From positions 1 to 51,015 of the IMG/VR virus record IMGVR_UViG_3300010234_000140: 51,015 nucleotides of DNA. One strand, given 5' to 3'. Below are positions 15,777 to 24,954 of this stretch, piece by piece; position 1 is the first letter of the stretch, and every line of letters starts with the position of its first letter. The position numbers and the translations under genes were made by a program. The notes under the pieces are model-generated. The model did no database searches. It saw nothing but the letters and a program-made list of their open reading frames with translations, and had not been told where the DNA came from. This DNA comes from a virus. Taxonomy: Duplodnaviria; Caudoviricetes.

Positions 15777-17473
15777 CAGCAATCTGTCTCTGGATGTATT
15801 GGGGGATGGATGATTGAGTGGGCCGCGCTATTCTCAACACTCGCAGAACAACCGCCAACATCTATCGAAACCCACTCATCAGTGGTTACTAGTGTTGCAG
15901 CGTTCCCTACGGCATCATCCTGGCAAAACGAAACCTTATAGTTCCCGCCCGCCTCAATCGAGATAGCATTAAAGTTGATAGGCGACCTATCGAGATTCTG
16001 ACGGTTAACCCCGTTGGCCTCACATTTCGCCACGGTTGGTGATGAGTCTTGATGTATCCAGGCCCACGCCTCGCCCCTAGGCTCAGAGGAGACAACAGAC
16101 ACATTACACAAGCCACTAGAGCATTGCATAGAGGGGCTGGAGAGTACAGGGGCTACCGTGTCAGCTACAACCACAACCGTCTCCTCTCCGCACCACTCAG
16201 CCGGAGATGAGTCTTCGTCGAAGACATACCACTTGATCGTGGCAGGGGTTGTGTCTACAACATAAGCCCCTGAATCACCACCCTCACCATCACCGGCAGA
16301 AAAACTATAAACGTAATTATCGCCGGTTTCTGGATAGGTGTCTGTTCCGGGGCACGTTATATCGTGAAAATCGGAGTCATCAGGACAACTAGAGCCGTCA
16401 CCGTCACAACTAGCCGCGCCTGCGCCTGTTGTACAATTAGGAGGTGTGCAGACAGGGCCGGTTATGGTTAAAGAGTCCGTCCCTGAACAATTTGTGCCGC
16501 CAGCGTCATCACATATCTTATACGCATAGGATACTTCAATATTAGTGTTATCAAGGTCTCCGGTAGTCACCATAGCGGCAAGGGTTGGGGTAAACGTGAG
16601 GGCTGTTGTAGTGCCCCCTGTCCCCGCTTCCACGTCTGAAGTGTCAGTGTTGTGTATGTAGGCTGCTGTGCCGCCTATCGTACTAGCCGCTGTGCATGTG
16701 ACGCTTGAGCCAACCTCTACCGTTGAACTCGCGCAAGTTAAAGCAGGGCCAGCATCAGCCACAAAGACAATTACAGCACCGTATGCCTCACCACCTGAAT
16801 CGCTCGTGGTCAGCGTTGCGTTCTGTGTGGCAGCAGCAGAAAGCACGTCAGAGTGAATATAAGCACCGGCGCGAGCAGCGGACGCGCTGTCAGCTTCAAC
16901 GTCCTCAGTGTAGTTGGTAGGTGCCGTGGGGGATATGTTCCACTGATTTAGTGCTTCAGTTGCGTGACACGAGATCGCCAGTGCGTCAGCTTGACTAGGT
17001 GTCCCTGTAGTCCCCGTACCTTGAGAGGTCACAGACCCCGCAATATTCGACTCATCTTCACTGCCAGTATCTACCGCAGTAAGATCAAGGTCTGTCCCAG
17101 GATACTCAGCGAATGCAACGGATGCGTTACCTAATCCACCTGTGGCAAGCGTCCCGTCGAAGTCCGTCTCAGTTCCGTCTGACAGCTTCCAGAGGAAAAC
17201 CCCGTTAGTGTCGTTGGCAACCGTAGTCTCAACTGAATACGCAGTGGTCCAGCCGCTCGACACTACCGTGAGCGCAGAGGAACCTGTGGTCCCGTCTCTA
17301 TCGACAGCAATACAAACTGTGAGTAAGTTGCCTGAAGTGGCTGTTGCGCCAAACGTAATATCAGCCGCGCCTGCGCCAGCACCAGAAGACTCACCAACCT
17401 GAACGGGGGTATTAGATATAGCCCCCCACACATTCGACGCAAATAGTGCGATGATTAATAGTATTCTCCGCAT
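15776..17473 (-). CDS. Secreted Cys-rich beta-sandwich protein (putative virion appendage/adhesin)
   Basis: MRRILLIIALFASNVWG signal peptide; T/S/G/A/D-rich; ~17 Cys; ATATSGNLLTVCIA pattern seen in phage tail/lectin-like modules. Confidence 0.7.
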   Translation of the reverse strand: MRRILLIIALFASNVWGAISNTPVQVGESSGAGAGAADITFGATATSGNLLTVCIAVDRDGTTGSSALTVVSSGWTTAYSVETTVANDTNGVFLWKLSDGTETDFDGTLATGGLGNASVAFAEYPGTDLDLTAVDTGSEDESNIAGSVTSQGTGTTGTPSQADALAISCHATEALNQWNISPTAPTNYTEDVEADSASAARAGAYIHSDVLSAAATQNATLTTSDSGGEAYGAVIVFVADAGPALTCASSTVEVGSSVTCTAASTIGGTAAYIHNTDTSDVEAGTGGTTTALTFTPTLAAMVTTGDLDNTNIEVSYAYKICDDAGGTNCSGTDSLTITGPVCTPPNCTTGAGAASCDGDGSSCPDDSDFHDITCPGTDTYPETGDNYVYSFSAGDGEGGDSGAYVVDTTPATIKWYVFDEDSSPAEWCGEETVVVVADTVAPVLSSPSMQCSSGLCNVSVVSSEPRGEAWAWIHQDSSPTVAKCEANGVNRQNLDRSPINFNAISIEAGGNYKVSFCQDDAVGNAATLVTTDEWVSIDVGGCSASVENSAAHSIIHPPIHPETDC

Positions 17474-20400
17474 TAATCTAGGTCCGCGTCTGTAGGATAG
17501 GTACAGGTCGGGCTACCACTACTAGGACAGCCCGCCTCACCCCATCCTACAACGTTCCAAGTTACACCCGTTCCAGTACTTGTGGTGTATGACGTTGTAT
17601 TGACATTCGTGCCCGACATATCCTGAATCTCAACCGTGGTACTCGTGACGTTCGCCGCCTTGTAATAACCTCCATTCAATTCGACCATGTCATCACCACG
17701 CACCCGGAATACGTCACCGTTGCTAATCCCGTGAGCGGAATCTGTAGTTATAACCCCTGGATTTGCCTTAGTGATCGAAGCGATACCAACCAAGCCGGTC
17801 TCTGTTGTGAGAAAGTCAGTTACATCGCTTAAACAGATTTTGACATTATCCAGCGAGGTCTCGCACCTCCACAGCCATCTGTGGAAATTGTGATACCAAC
17901 CGTTAACGGTGGTGTCATCAAATTGGAGACTCTCAGTCATTGAGGCGTCAGATAGAGCCTCCACTGCTGCTGCTGCGGTGGATGGCCCGCCATTCTGTAC
18001 ACGCTCAAGACGACCGGCCCCGAAACTGCCACTAGCCTCAGAAGCTCCAGCGTTAGGTATGCCGGGGGCGGTAGAGGTGCCTTTATAAGTGACTGAATCA
18101 CTCTGGCCCGCAGTCCAATAAGGGGTAGCGGAGATATAAGCACCGTCTTTATACTTCTTCGTCCCTGAGAAGACATCAGGAGACACAAGCCCAAACCCTC
18201 CAGCGTCGAGGAGAGAGGTCATCTTCGCGTGAGTCTTCGGCGCATTGGATAGTTTAAGGAAGTTTGAGGGTAAGAATTGAATCTTCTCAGGAGCAGCGTT
18301 GTAAACCGCCTCCGCTACCTCCATAAAGGCAAGACCCCAATCATCTCTGCTACTATCCGAGCCTAACCCTAAACTCTTACTCCAGCCCCCCTGAGTTGAG
18401 CCGTCTGGTATACAGTTGGCGTCTTTATCGTCAGGCGTACAGTCGGGGTCATACGCCACATAGCCTGTAATAGACCACTCCCCTTTGAGATAAATGCCCG
18501 CGACTCTAGGGTCGTCTGAGTACTCTGTAGCTACTGCAACTGCAAATTCTTCGTATGCCTCTTTAACCTCAGGTATTCTAAGATCAGCCATACAACCTGT
18601 ACGAAGGCTCTTGATTGTGGGCTTGAGGTTCGCCCCCAACAGCATCCCATTGTAATTGTCAATGTAAGGCTGCGGGACACATAACTTGTTCTTGCCGCGC
18701 TTCTGAAGGGCGCGCATTGATAGGTTGAGCATTGCCCTGAACTTACGGCCTGAACACTGGGTAGCCAAGTCAGACAGTTGGGCTTCAATCATCGCAAAAT
18801 CGTATACACCAACAGAGGTCTCTATCGTCCTCCAATAGGGATAGATTTGGACCCCTTCGTATAGGTGCTTACCGTTTCCAGCGCAAACAGGGGTAATAAC
18901 CGATGACAGGTCATAACCTGTCTCAAAGACAGAGCCGGGGGAGCCGCGTATCCATTGTCCCGGAACGTAATACAAGGAGTCTGCTGACGAAGCTACGTCT
19001 GTCTTGAATACACTACAAACAACTTTATTCCTAGGTCGGTCATCATTAACGTTGTGCGTATAGCACACTTTGTAATGTGAATCAGCAGAGAGGGAGGTGA
19101 TTGCTTTTGTGGTTACATCCCCCGCGCCAGCAGATGCCGTGTAATATGCGTCTGCCCCAACGTTCTGATCTTCTAAGAGCTTCCAAGACTCTGTTTCACC
19201 CGAGTCTGTAAAGTCGCCTACTGTGATTTCAGTACATGCGCTCGTAGCACAATCCCACCTGCCCCAGGTGACAGTTCCAGACCTCTTGCCTTCTGGAATG
19301 AAGACGCGGAGAGTGGCCGTGGTATCTGTGATTGATATAGGGGTGCGGGGGAGAATGTCAGATGGGCAAAAGTCAGAGCCTTTGCGCCATGTGCCCGCCA
19401 CTCCAGGGCAGGAACTTGGGTCAACAGTACCGCCCGACTCCGTGTACACCTTGTCAGAGAGCCAGATGGGAGTGCCCGCATTCGCGTCATAAGTACGGGA
19501 TACTATGCGTAAAGGAGTGGTCTTGTTGGTTAAGTCACCCGCTGCATCAATTGTCGCGGAGCCTTGGGTTACTGTAAAAAGCGTTTGGTCTCCAACCTCC
19601 GCAGATGCGTTCAGGGTTGAGCTGTTCAAACTACCCGCGAGGGTGTGCAACGTCTCGTTCGCGTCAACAGTTATATTAAAACGGCAAGTAGCGTTATCAC
19701 TTGCGTTTGTCCCGTCAGATATCGCGCAATCTGAATAGTCGGTGTTCAGTTTGACATTGTTCAACGAACCCGAAGAAGAGAAATCATCCTTGGTCGGTGT
19801 GATGTTTGAAAATGTATCAGTAGCGCCTGAATCAACACTCAGGGAGTCGCCGTTTACTGAAAAGGTGGTGTGGACACCCGCCGCCATAGCCGGGGAGGTC
19901 GTCATGCTCTTTGATTGAACCCAATCATCACCCGTAACAGTCAAACTGTTCCCACCAGCCCCCGTCTGTGTTTCGATATACCCTACCCACGTTAAGAGGT
20001 AGTTCTGAGTACCCGAAAAGGTTACGGTATATGTCTTAGAGGATTGTTGAGACGCTGATGGTGTTTGATAAGCCGCACACAGCCTTGCGCCAAACCCACC
20101 ACCCTGGTCTAGCATTTCGTTTAGAGAGTCAGACCAAGTACACGTCTCTGTCGTACCAGAACCCAATGCGAAGACAACCGCCATAGCGTTAGCCGGGATA
20201 GTCAAGGCCGTTGTGGTTATTTGGTTGTTGTTAACCGCTTCGCTAGTCGTTGTGCTAGAAAAACTAGAACAGTCAGCTTCCCCCGCGATTAAGACCCCGG
20301 TGCGCCATTCATTTCCAGAAATGACAGAGGAGTCTGCTGCGTCTTCTGTATTGACGTTAACAACCCCGGAGAGTGCGGATATGACCGACTCTGCCGCCAT

Positions 20401-20658
20401 GTAAGGGAAGAGTTGAAATCCGGCCTTCGATGAGTTGGTTACAGTCTCAAACTTAGCAACGTTTGTGCCGTCTAGGTCGAGCCTGGGGGTATCAGATGTG
20501 GTGGTTCTGTCCCTTCCCGTAACCCCAAGGACACACCTGTCCCCGGATTGATCGAAATCCAAGGTGCTCCCGTCGCTATCCTTATAGGTCGCCCATTGAG
20601 GTGTTGCTACCCCAAAGGCGAGCGCAGGCACTAGCAGTAGTGGGAGGAGTAGCTTCAT
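17473..20658 (-). CDS. Large secreted multidomain protein with glycoside-hydrolase-like and FCCH-like domains
   Basis: MKLLLPLLLVPALAFG signal peptide; GVQIYPYWRTIETSVGVYDF GH-A-like start; C-terminal IASITKANPGVITTDSAHG..NGD domain; ~22 Cys. Confidence 0.7.
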   Translation of the reverse strand: MKLLLPLLLVPALAFGVATPQWATYKDSDGSTLDFDQSGDRCVLGVTGRDRTTTSDTPRLDLDGTNVAKFETVTNSSKAGFQLFPYMAAESVISALSGVVNVNTEDAADSSVISGNEWRTGVLIAGEADCSSFSSTTTSEAVNNNQITTTALTIPANAMAVVFALGSGTTETCTWSDSLNEMLDQGGGFGARLCAAYQTPSASQQSSKTYTVTFSGTQNYLLTWVGYIETQTGAGGNSLTVTGDDWVQSKSMTTSPAMAAGVHTTFSVNGDSLSVDSGATDTFSNITPTKDDFSSSGSLNNVKLNTDYSDCAISDGTNASDNATCRFNITVDANETLHTLAGSLNSSTLNASAEVGDQTLFTVTQGSATIDAAGDLTNKTTPLRIVSRTYDANAGTPIWLSDKVYTESGGTVDPSSCPGVAGTWRKGSDFCPSDILPRTPISITDTTATLRVFIPEGKRSGTVTWGRWDCATSACTEITVGDFTDSGETESWKLLEDQNVGADAYYTASAGAGDVTTKAITSLSADSHYKVCYTHNVNDDRPRNKVVCSVFKTDVASSADSLYYVPGQWIRGSPGSVFETGYDLSSVITPVCAGNGKHLYEGVQIYPYWRTIETSVGVYDFAMIEAQLSDLATQCSGRKFRAMLNLSMRALQKRGKNKLCVPQPYIDNYNGMLLGANLKPTIKSLRTGCMADLRIPEVKEAYEEFAVAVATEYSDDPRVAGIYLKGEWSITGYVAYDPDCTPDDKDANCIPDGSTQGGWSKSLGLGSDSSRDDWGLAFMEVAEAVYNAAPEKIQFLPSNFLKLSNAPKTHAKMTSLLDAGGFGLVSPDVFSGTKKYKDGAYISATPYWTAGQSDSVTYKGTSTAPGIPNAGASEASGSFGAGRLERVQNGGPSTAAAAVEALSDASMTESLQFDDTTVNGWYHNFHRWLWRCETSLDNVKICLSDVTDFLTTETGLVGIASITKANPGVITTDSAHGISNGDVFRVRGDDMVELNGGYYKAANVTSTTVEIQDMSGTNVNTTSYTTSTGTGVTWNVVGWGEAGCPSSGSPTCTYPTDADLD

Positions 20659-20665
20659 ATATACC

Positions 20666-20688
20666 AAAAAAAAGGCCCCGAAGGGCCT
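20666..20688 (-). terminator. Rho-independent terminator directly before the 1061-aa gene
   Basis: AGGCCC-TTCG-GGGCCT-TTTTTTT. Confidence 0.8.
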
Positions 20689-20710
20689 AAACGTTCAATA
20701 TGCAACGTTA

Positions 20711-21325
20711 TTATGCGGGGGAGAGTTTGGTCTGTAGGTCTGCCATTGCCGAGCGGTTGGCCTTGCCCAAGTCTTCTGCGGTGGCGTCTATCTGCGCCTG
20801 TCTCTTCGTCTCTTCGTCTACATCTTCAAAGCATTTCTGACAGTAGAGGTCGTCCCCTACTTTAATCGAAGGCTTTCGATAATCATCAGGGCAGTCATTG
20901 GTGATCTTGCAGGTTTTACAGGACGGGACTATCAAGAACTCTTCTGGTACGAACTCCCACCCGTATATCCCTGCGAGGGATTCGAGCATGTAGTCATTCC
21001 AGATTTCCATCTCTGCCATAACAGGGTCGTGCTGAAGGACGTTGTAGTTGCTGCACGTAGTTAGATGCTCAAATTGCGCAGCTGCACACCCTAAACAGGG
21101 TTCAAACTCAACCTTACGGTTCGTCTTTGGGACAAGAGGCTGGTATGAAGGGTCTGTGCGGCATTTGCTGTAGAAGGTTTCGTCTTTGGAAACTTCGACA
21201 GTTTGCTCTGATTGGTGGGCAACGCCCATTGTGATAGCGTCATTCCGCTGAAGTGAGCGATTCAAGGCTTCGTTCACCTCTTCCGTACTAAGCCTAACTA
21301 TGCGCTGCCACTCTTCGTTTGTCAT
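20711..21325 (-). CDS. Hypothetical protein with CxxC pairs
   Basis: CLGC, CKTC, CQKC; probable start MTNEEW. Confidence 0.6.
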   Translation of the reverse strand: MTNEEWQRIVRLSTEEVNEALNRSLQRNDAITMGVAHQSEQTVEVSKDETFYSKCRTDPSYQPLVPKTNRKVEFEPCLGCAAAQFEHLTTCSNYNVLQHDPVMAEMEIWNDYMLESLAGIYGWEFVPEEFLIVPSCKTCKITNDCPDDYRKPSIKVGDDLYCQKCFEDVDEETKRQAQIDATAEDLGKANRSAMADLQTKLSPA

Positions 21326-21410
21326 ACAAACACCAATAATATGTAGAAAAGGATTAAGCCCCAACCTACTACGGAGCCTATTACCATACATGCGTTAATA
21401 AAGGATTGCT

Positions 21411-21854
21411 TCACAGCCAGAAACCGAAGTATCTAACGGCGGCTGATGTCCATGTGCGCCTAAGGAAAGACATACCGTCCTGCTTTTGTATTAACTGCAT
21501 TTCCCTGCCTGCTCGACGCCAATTGCGCCACGTTCTAGGCATTGTGCCCTGTGCCATCATACTACAGAGCGTGTCATGAATGCAAGACGCTCTCATAAAA
21601 CTAGCGGTATCTATGGCGATATTAGCGCCATTCCAGCGGAATCCAGCCTTAATGGATATCCCGTATTCAGATACCGTAGCAAACCCCTCTAAACAGACTG
21701 TAGGGGTCTGTACGTTGAAGGTAGGTCGGTTAATCCAGGCGTATTCGTATGATCTGGTCAGTTCGTACTTATATTCAGGGTCATCTAGGACTAAGCGGTA
21801 TTGGAATTCGTTCACCACGCTATCCTCCGTACACATGACGCCCTGAACGTGCAA
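21411..21854 (-). CDS. DUF1353-like protein
   Basis: IKAGFRWNGA...DTASFMRASCIHDTLC motif. Confidence 0.6.
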   Translation of the reverse strand: MHVQGVMCTEDSVVNEFQYRLVLDDPEYKYELTRSYEYAWINRPTFNVQTPTVCLEGFATVSEYGISIKAGFRWNGANIAIDTASFMRASCIHDTLCSMMAQGTMPRTWRNWRRAGREMQLIQKQDGMSFLRRTWTSAAVRYFGFWL

Positions 21855-22045
21855 TTGCCGCTGCTTTCAGTCACTAATACCAGTCCTGCGGGGCAGGAGG
21901 GGAGTTCCTTCATACAAGCAGACTTCCTGTCAGAGGGCTTGTTTAGAAGGTCTTCCACGTTGGGCTCTGACGCACATCCCATAATACCGACTATACAGAA
22001 GAAGATGAACCCGTATAGAAGGGCTTCTCCTATGTAGTCTCTCAT
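21812..22045 (-). CDS. Lipoprotein (possible spanin component)
   Basis: Hydrophobic N-terminus with IMGC lipobox, in lysis region. Confidence 0.55.
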   Translation of the reverse strand: MRDYIGEALLYGFIFFCIVGIMGCASEPNVEDLLNKPSDRKSACMKELPSCPAGLVLVTESSGNCTFRASCVRRIAW

Positions 22046-22182
22046 GGGTACACCTCCATCCACATATAACCCCAGAAGAAGAAGTAACCGTCTTCTGTAG
22101 CTAGTTTGCCACAGTGGGGGAGCCAGAATACAGCACCGTCTCTAGGTCTGGCAGCGCGGTCAAAGTAAGTCTTGATCTTCAT
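22042..22182 (-). CDS. Hypothetical protein, 46 aa (not in track)
   Basis: ATGA-coupled at both ends. Confidence 0.5.
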   Translation of the reverse strand: MKIKTYFDRAARPRDGAVFWLPHCGKLATEDGYFFFWGYMWMEVYP

Positions 22183-22433
22183 AGCGCAACCATTTTTAAT
22201 CTTTCGTGGAGGTCGCGTATCTTTGCGTGTGCCTCCCTGCGGCCTTCTTGCGCATAGTCATTGGCTGCTTGTAGGCCATAAATGACCTGAAGTACGCGGT
22301 CTAACTCCGCTTTAGCGACAATAAGTTTCCCTTCTAAGCACTCGCGGCACTCCGACACCTCTTCCGGCTCATAGAAGTCGCCGCCATCTACCACATTGCC
22401 GTGGTCACAGTAAGTTGGGTGCGTTCTGCTCAT
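22179..22433 (-). CDS. Hypothetical protein
   Basis: CDH..CREC plus coiled coil. Confidence 0.6.
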   Translation of the reverse strand: MSRTHPTYCDHGNVVDGGDFYEPEEVSECRECLEGKLIVAKAELDRVLQVIYGLQAANDYAQEGRREAHAKIRDLHERLKMVAL

Positions 22434-22630
22434 GACTCATCTCCAAAAGGAGTGAAGTCGTTCAACTTATCCTCAAGCTCTATCTTCTCTAAGAGAAGTT
22501 CTTCAAACCTTCTTAATAGAAGGCGATAGTTCTTCTTGGACTCGAATAGTTCTGCTCGGAGGGCTTGGATTACTTCCTTATCGGTCATATCACTTCTCCT
22601 TTGTGTTCGGAGTTCAAGGTAAGTCCACAC
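22430..22630 (-). CDS. Hypothetical coiled-coil protein
   Basis: Probable start MTDKE after AAGGAG. Confidence 0.55.
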   Translation of the reverse strand: MWTYLELRTQRRSDMTDKEVIQALRAELFESKKNYRLLLRRFEELLLEKIELEDKLNDFTPFGDES

Positions 22631-22650
22631 GCCCCTTTTGTCAAGAATTA

Positions 22651-23064
22651 TTACTCGGTGGGTTGTGACGTTGACCTGAATCCGAAAACATCGGTAATCG
22701 TGAGTTGATTGCCCGGTTTTAGGTGCTCTTTAAGGTATTTTAGGGCTAGTTTTGAACTCCAAACTGCTGGATTGATTATGCTGTCGTGGAACTGTAAGCC
22801 TGGAGCGATACAGCCTTTGATTTCTCTAGGCCAGTTTCCAGGGTGTATGACGATTTCGGACCTGCCGGGAACATCTTGCAGTTCAAGTTCCCCGGTGTAT
22901 TTGCCTTCTTCGTCTAATTCTATTCGGTATTCCCCACATGGTATGCAGGAAACAAAGGGTTCGTTGTCCTTCCAAGGTAGTTCGAGCGTGTAGATCGTGC
23001 GGTTAGGAAGTTCTATCTTCCCTAGGGTGCCTTTTTTAAGATAGGCGAAGCGTTCAAGGTGCAT
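22651..23064 (-). CDS. DUF5675-family putative endolysin
   Basis: TLG...YTLELPWKDN...SCIP.GEY...VPGRSEIVIHPGN...KGCI motif set. Confidence 0.75.
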   Translation of the reverse strand: MHLERFAYLKKGTLGKIELPNRTIYTLELPWKDNEPFVSCIPCGEYRIELDEEGKYTGELELQDVPGRSEIVIHPGNWPREIKGCIAPGLQFHDSIINPAVWSSKLALKYLKEHLKPGNQLTITDVFGFRSTSQPTE

Positions 23065-23326
23065 TGGGTGGCGGGGGCTCTTTGCCAGAAGATTCGGTAG
23101 CGAGCCACTTCATATAATGCGCCGATGTCTTGGTATTTAGGGCAATTTCCCGCATAATCTCGCGGTTTGCGTCTACTTTGTCTGCTTGATCGTCTAGTTT
23201 CTTCTCAATGCGCTGATGGGATTCGCGTATCTCCTTGAGCCAAAGGTACATTCGTGTACCCGCGCCCCCAAAGAGAGCCAATACACCCATTACACCCTCA
23301 ACTACAAAGTCTTCGATAGCACCCAT
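23054..23326 (-). CDS. Putative holin / single-TM lysis protein
   Basis: N-terminal TM plus coiled coil, directly upstream of putative endolysin. Confidence 0.5.
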   Translation of the reverse strand: MGAIEDFVVEGVMGVLALFGGAGTRMYLWLKEIRESHQRIEKKLDDQADKVDANREIMREIALNTKTSAHYMKWLATESSGKEPPPPNAP

Positions 23327-23340
23327 GTTTCCTTCTCAAT

Positions 23341-23363
23341 AAAAAAGGGCAATTAAGCCCTTT
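23341..23363 (-). terminator. Terminator upstream of lysis genes
   Basis: AAAGGGC-TTAATT-GCCCTTT-TTT. Confidence 0.7.
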
Positions 23364-23410
23364 GGTTGAAATTCTAGTGCTATCTAGGCAAACGCTCTGC
23401 GCTCAGTGTA

Positions 23411-23453
23411 AGATTATGTCAAGTCCTTAACAAAGTCAAGGGATAACCCTTGA
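23411..23453 (-). promoter_or_regulatory. Candidate late promoter with palindrome
   Basis: TTGACT-N17-TAATCT; TCAAGGG-TTAT-CCCTTGA overlapping -35. Confidence 0.5.
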
Positions 23454-23468
23454 ATAGGGTGTGAGTCA

Positions 23469-23801
23469 TCACCCCTCCTGCTGTGGGTCTAGCAGTTCAG
23501 CGGTGCGCTGGCACCAGTCGCAGGGGTCAGGGCATCCGTAGTACGGGACATGGTTTGGACAAGTCGCGCTGTCTAACTGCGCCTGTAGGCGCTCGATGGT
23601 GGCTTGTTCCTGAGATAGCCGCTGTTCCAAATGATCGCACAACGTATTGAGGTCGCCCGCTTGTTTTGAAAGCCGCTCGTTCTCTGCCTGTAGGGTGGTC
23701 ATCTCAGCATCCATTTCGGCGCAAAGACTACGCCACTCGCTTATGGACATATTCATCAGGACGCCTTCCGCCCACCGCTGGCGCTTTTCTGCATCACCCA
23801 T
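23469..23801 (-). CDS. Hypothetical coiled-coil protein
   Basis: 110 aa. Confidence 0.6.
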   Translation of the reverse strand: MGDAEKRQRWAEGVLMNMSISEWRSLCAEMDAEMTTLQAENERLSKQAGDLNTLCDHLEQRLSQEQATIERLQAQLDSATCPNHVPYYGCPDPCDWCQRTAELLDPQQEG

Positions 23802-24058
23802 TGATCGCTCCTATCGGTATCGAGGGCGGCTATGAGGGCGTCAGCGGACTTAACCGCCATGTCCGCATACGCCTCATACGTGGCGTCAATCGCTGCATCT
23901 GAGCACAGCCCCTGCATCGCCATTGCGGCGAAGTACTCGCGCTTACTGAGACCGGAGTATATTTTTATGCCCGCGTCGATGCGGTCGGTTTCTTCCTCGT
24001 TTACCGGGTACGCCGGTTCGTTTCCTTTACTCATCGTTCCTAACACCACTCTTTCCAT
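23756..24058 (-). CDS. Conserved phage hypothetical protein
   Basis: PAYP...GLSKREYFAAMAMQG...AVKSADALIAAL motif. Confidence 0.75.
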   Translation of the reverse strand: MERVVLGTMSKGNEPAYPVNEEETDRIDAGIKIYSGLSKREYFAAMAMQGLCSDAAIDATYEAYADMAVKSADALIAALDTDRSDQWVMQKSASGGRKAS

Positions 24059-24291
24059 CCATCGAACTCAATCTCAACGTCCCGCCTTGTCTGTCTTCCG
24101 GGCCACATAGAGCCTAGTTTTTTATCGGCTTGGATTTCATAAAGGATTTCCTGCGCTTCTTCCTCATCCACAGCTTCGATACACAAGTGAACATTAGTCG
24201 CCTGAAACCACTTCTTCTCGGTTGGGCGTTCGGGGGCGTTCCAAGGTGCGTCAGGGTCGCCGGGGTTTACTGAATCTGGGTAGTTGCTCAT
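24040..24291 (-). CDS. Hypothetical protein
   Basis: MSNYPDSV..GDPDAPWN motif; probable start at 24291. Confidence 0.65.
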   Translation of the reverse strand: MSNYPDSVNPGDPDAPWNAPERPTEKKWFQATNVHLCIEAVDEEEAQEILYEIQADKKLGSMWPGRQTRRDVEIEFDGWKEWC

Positions 24292-24298
24292 GTTTATC

Positions 24299-24706
24299 CT
24301 ATCGGTTATCAAATGCTCCAATAATGTAAGCATATCCAGCGATAAAGGATTTGTCAAAACTTTCTTGAGTCCAGTCGGGGTGATCTTCGTGGAGTTTCGT
24401 AAAGGCAATGTCGAGGGATTCGTTGTAAGCCCAATAGGTGACTGCTGTAGCCCATGTCTTTTCAAAGGCTCCCAGGTTCTTCATCCACTCGTGAACCATG
24501 TTAGAAGTCTTTGTCATGTCTCGTATTAATGGCCGTGAGCCTCCATGTCTGCGGCTCTCCTTGGCGTTTAACCCACCCCTACCACCTATGCCAGCGAACA
24601 TCTCTTTCGAGGCCAAGGTGTTCTTAGGGGCGTTCTGTGCCCTCTCCCACTCATCGACGTAGTTGACAACCATGACTCGAACTTGACGGACTATCTCTTC
24701 GTTCAT
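24299..24706 (-). CDS. Hypothetical protein (weak candidate Q-like antiterminator)
   Basis: Position at end of nin-like region; C-terminal AGYAYIIGAF faintly like Q C-termini. Confidence 0.3.
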   Translation of the reverse strand: MNEEIVRQVRVMVVNYVDEWERAQNAPKNTLASKEMFAGIGGRGGLNAKESRRHGGSRPLIRDMTKTSNMVHEWMKNLGAFEKTWATAVTYWAYNESLDIAFTKLHEDHPDWTQESFDKSFIAGYAYIIGAFDNR

Positions 24707-24954
24707 GCAACTTCCTCTAGTTTAGGCCGTATCCACACGTTCCATATCCCTAGAATCCACGAATATAGAAAGAAACAGTTCGTCAAAAGTAGACCCCACT
24801 GCTCGCTGACTATTGCGAGGTAGAACCACCCCGGTTGTGTTGACAAGCCAATCAGGGGAGCCCATCTGTGCATTCCCGGCCACCTGTGCTGATTCAACAT
24901 CCACACCGGCACCCACGCCAGGGTTAGGGACAGGCTTGCCCATGTGTCCATCAC
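24703..24954 (-). CDS. Small membrane protein (PnuC-like fragment family)
   Basis: Three hydrophobic segments, GLSTQPGW..QWGLL motif. Confidence 0.55.
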   Translation of the reverse strand: MMDTWASLSLTLAWVPVWMLNQHRWPGMHRWAPLIGLSTQPGWFYLAIVSEQWGLLLTNCFFLYSWILGIWNVWIRPKLEEVA

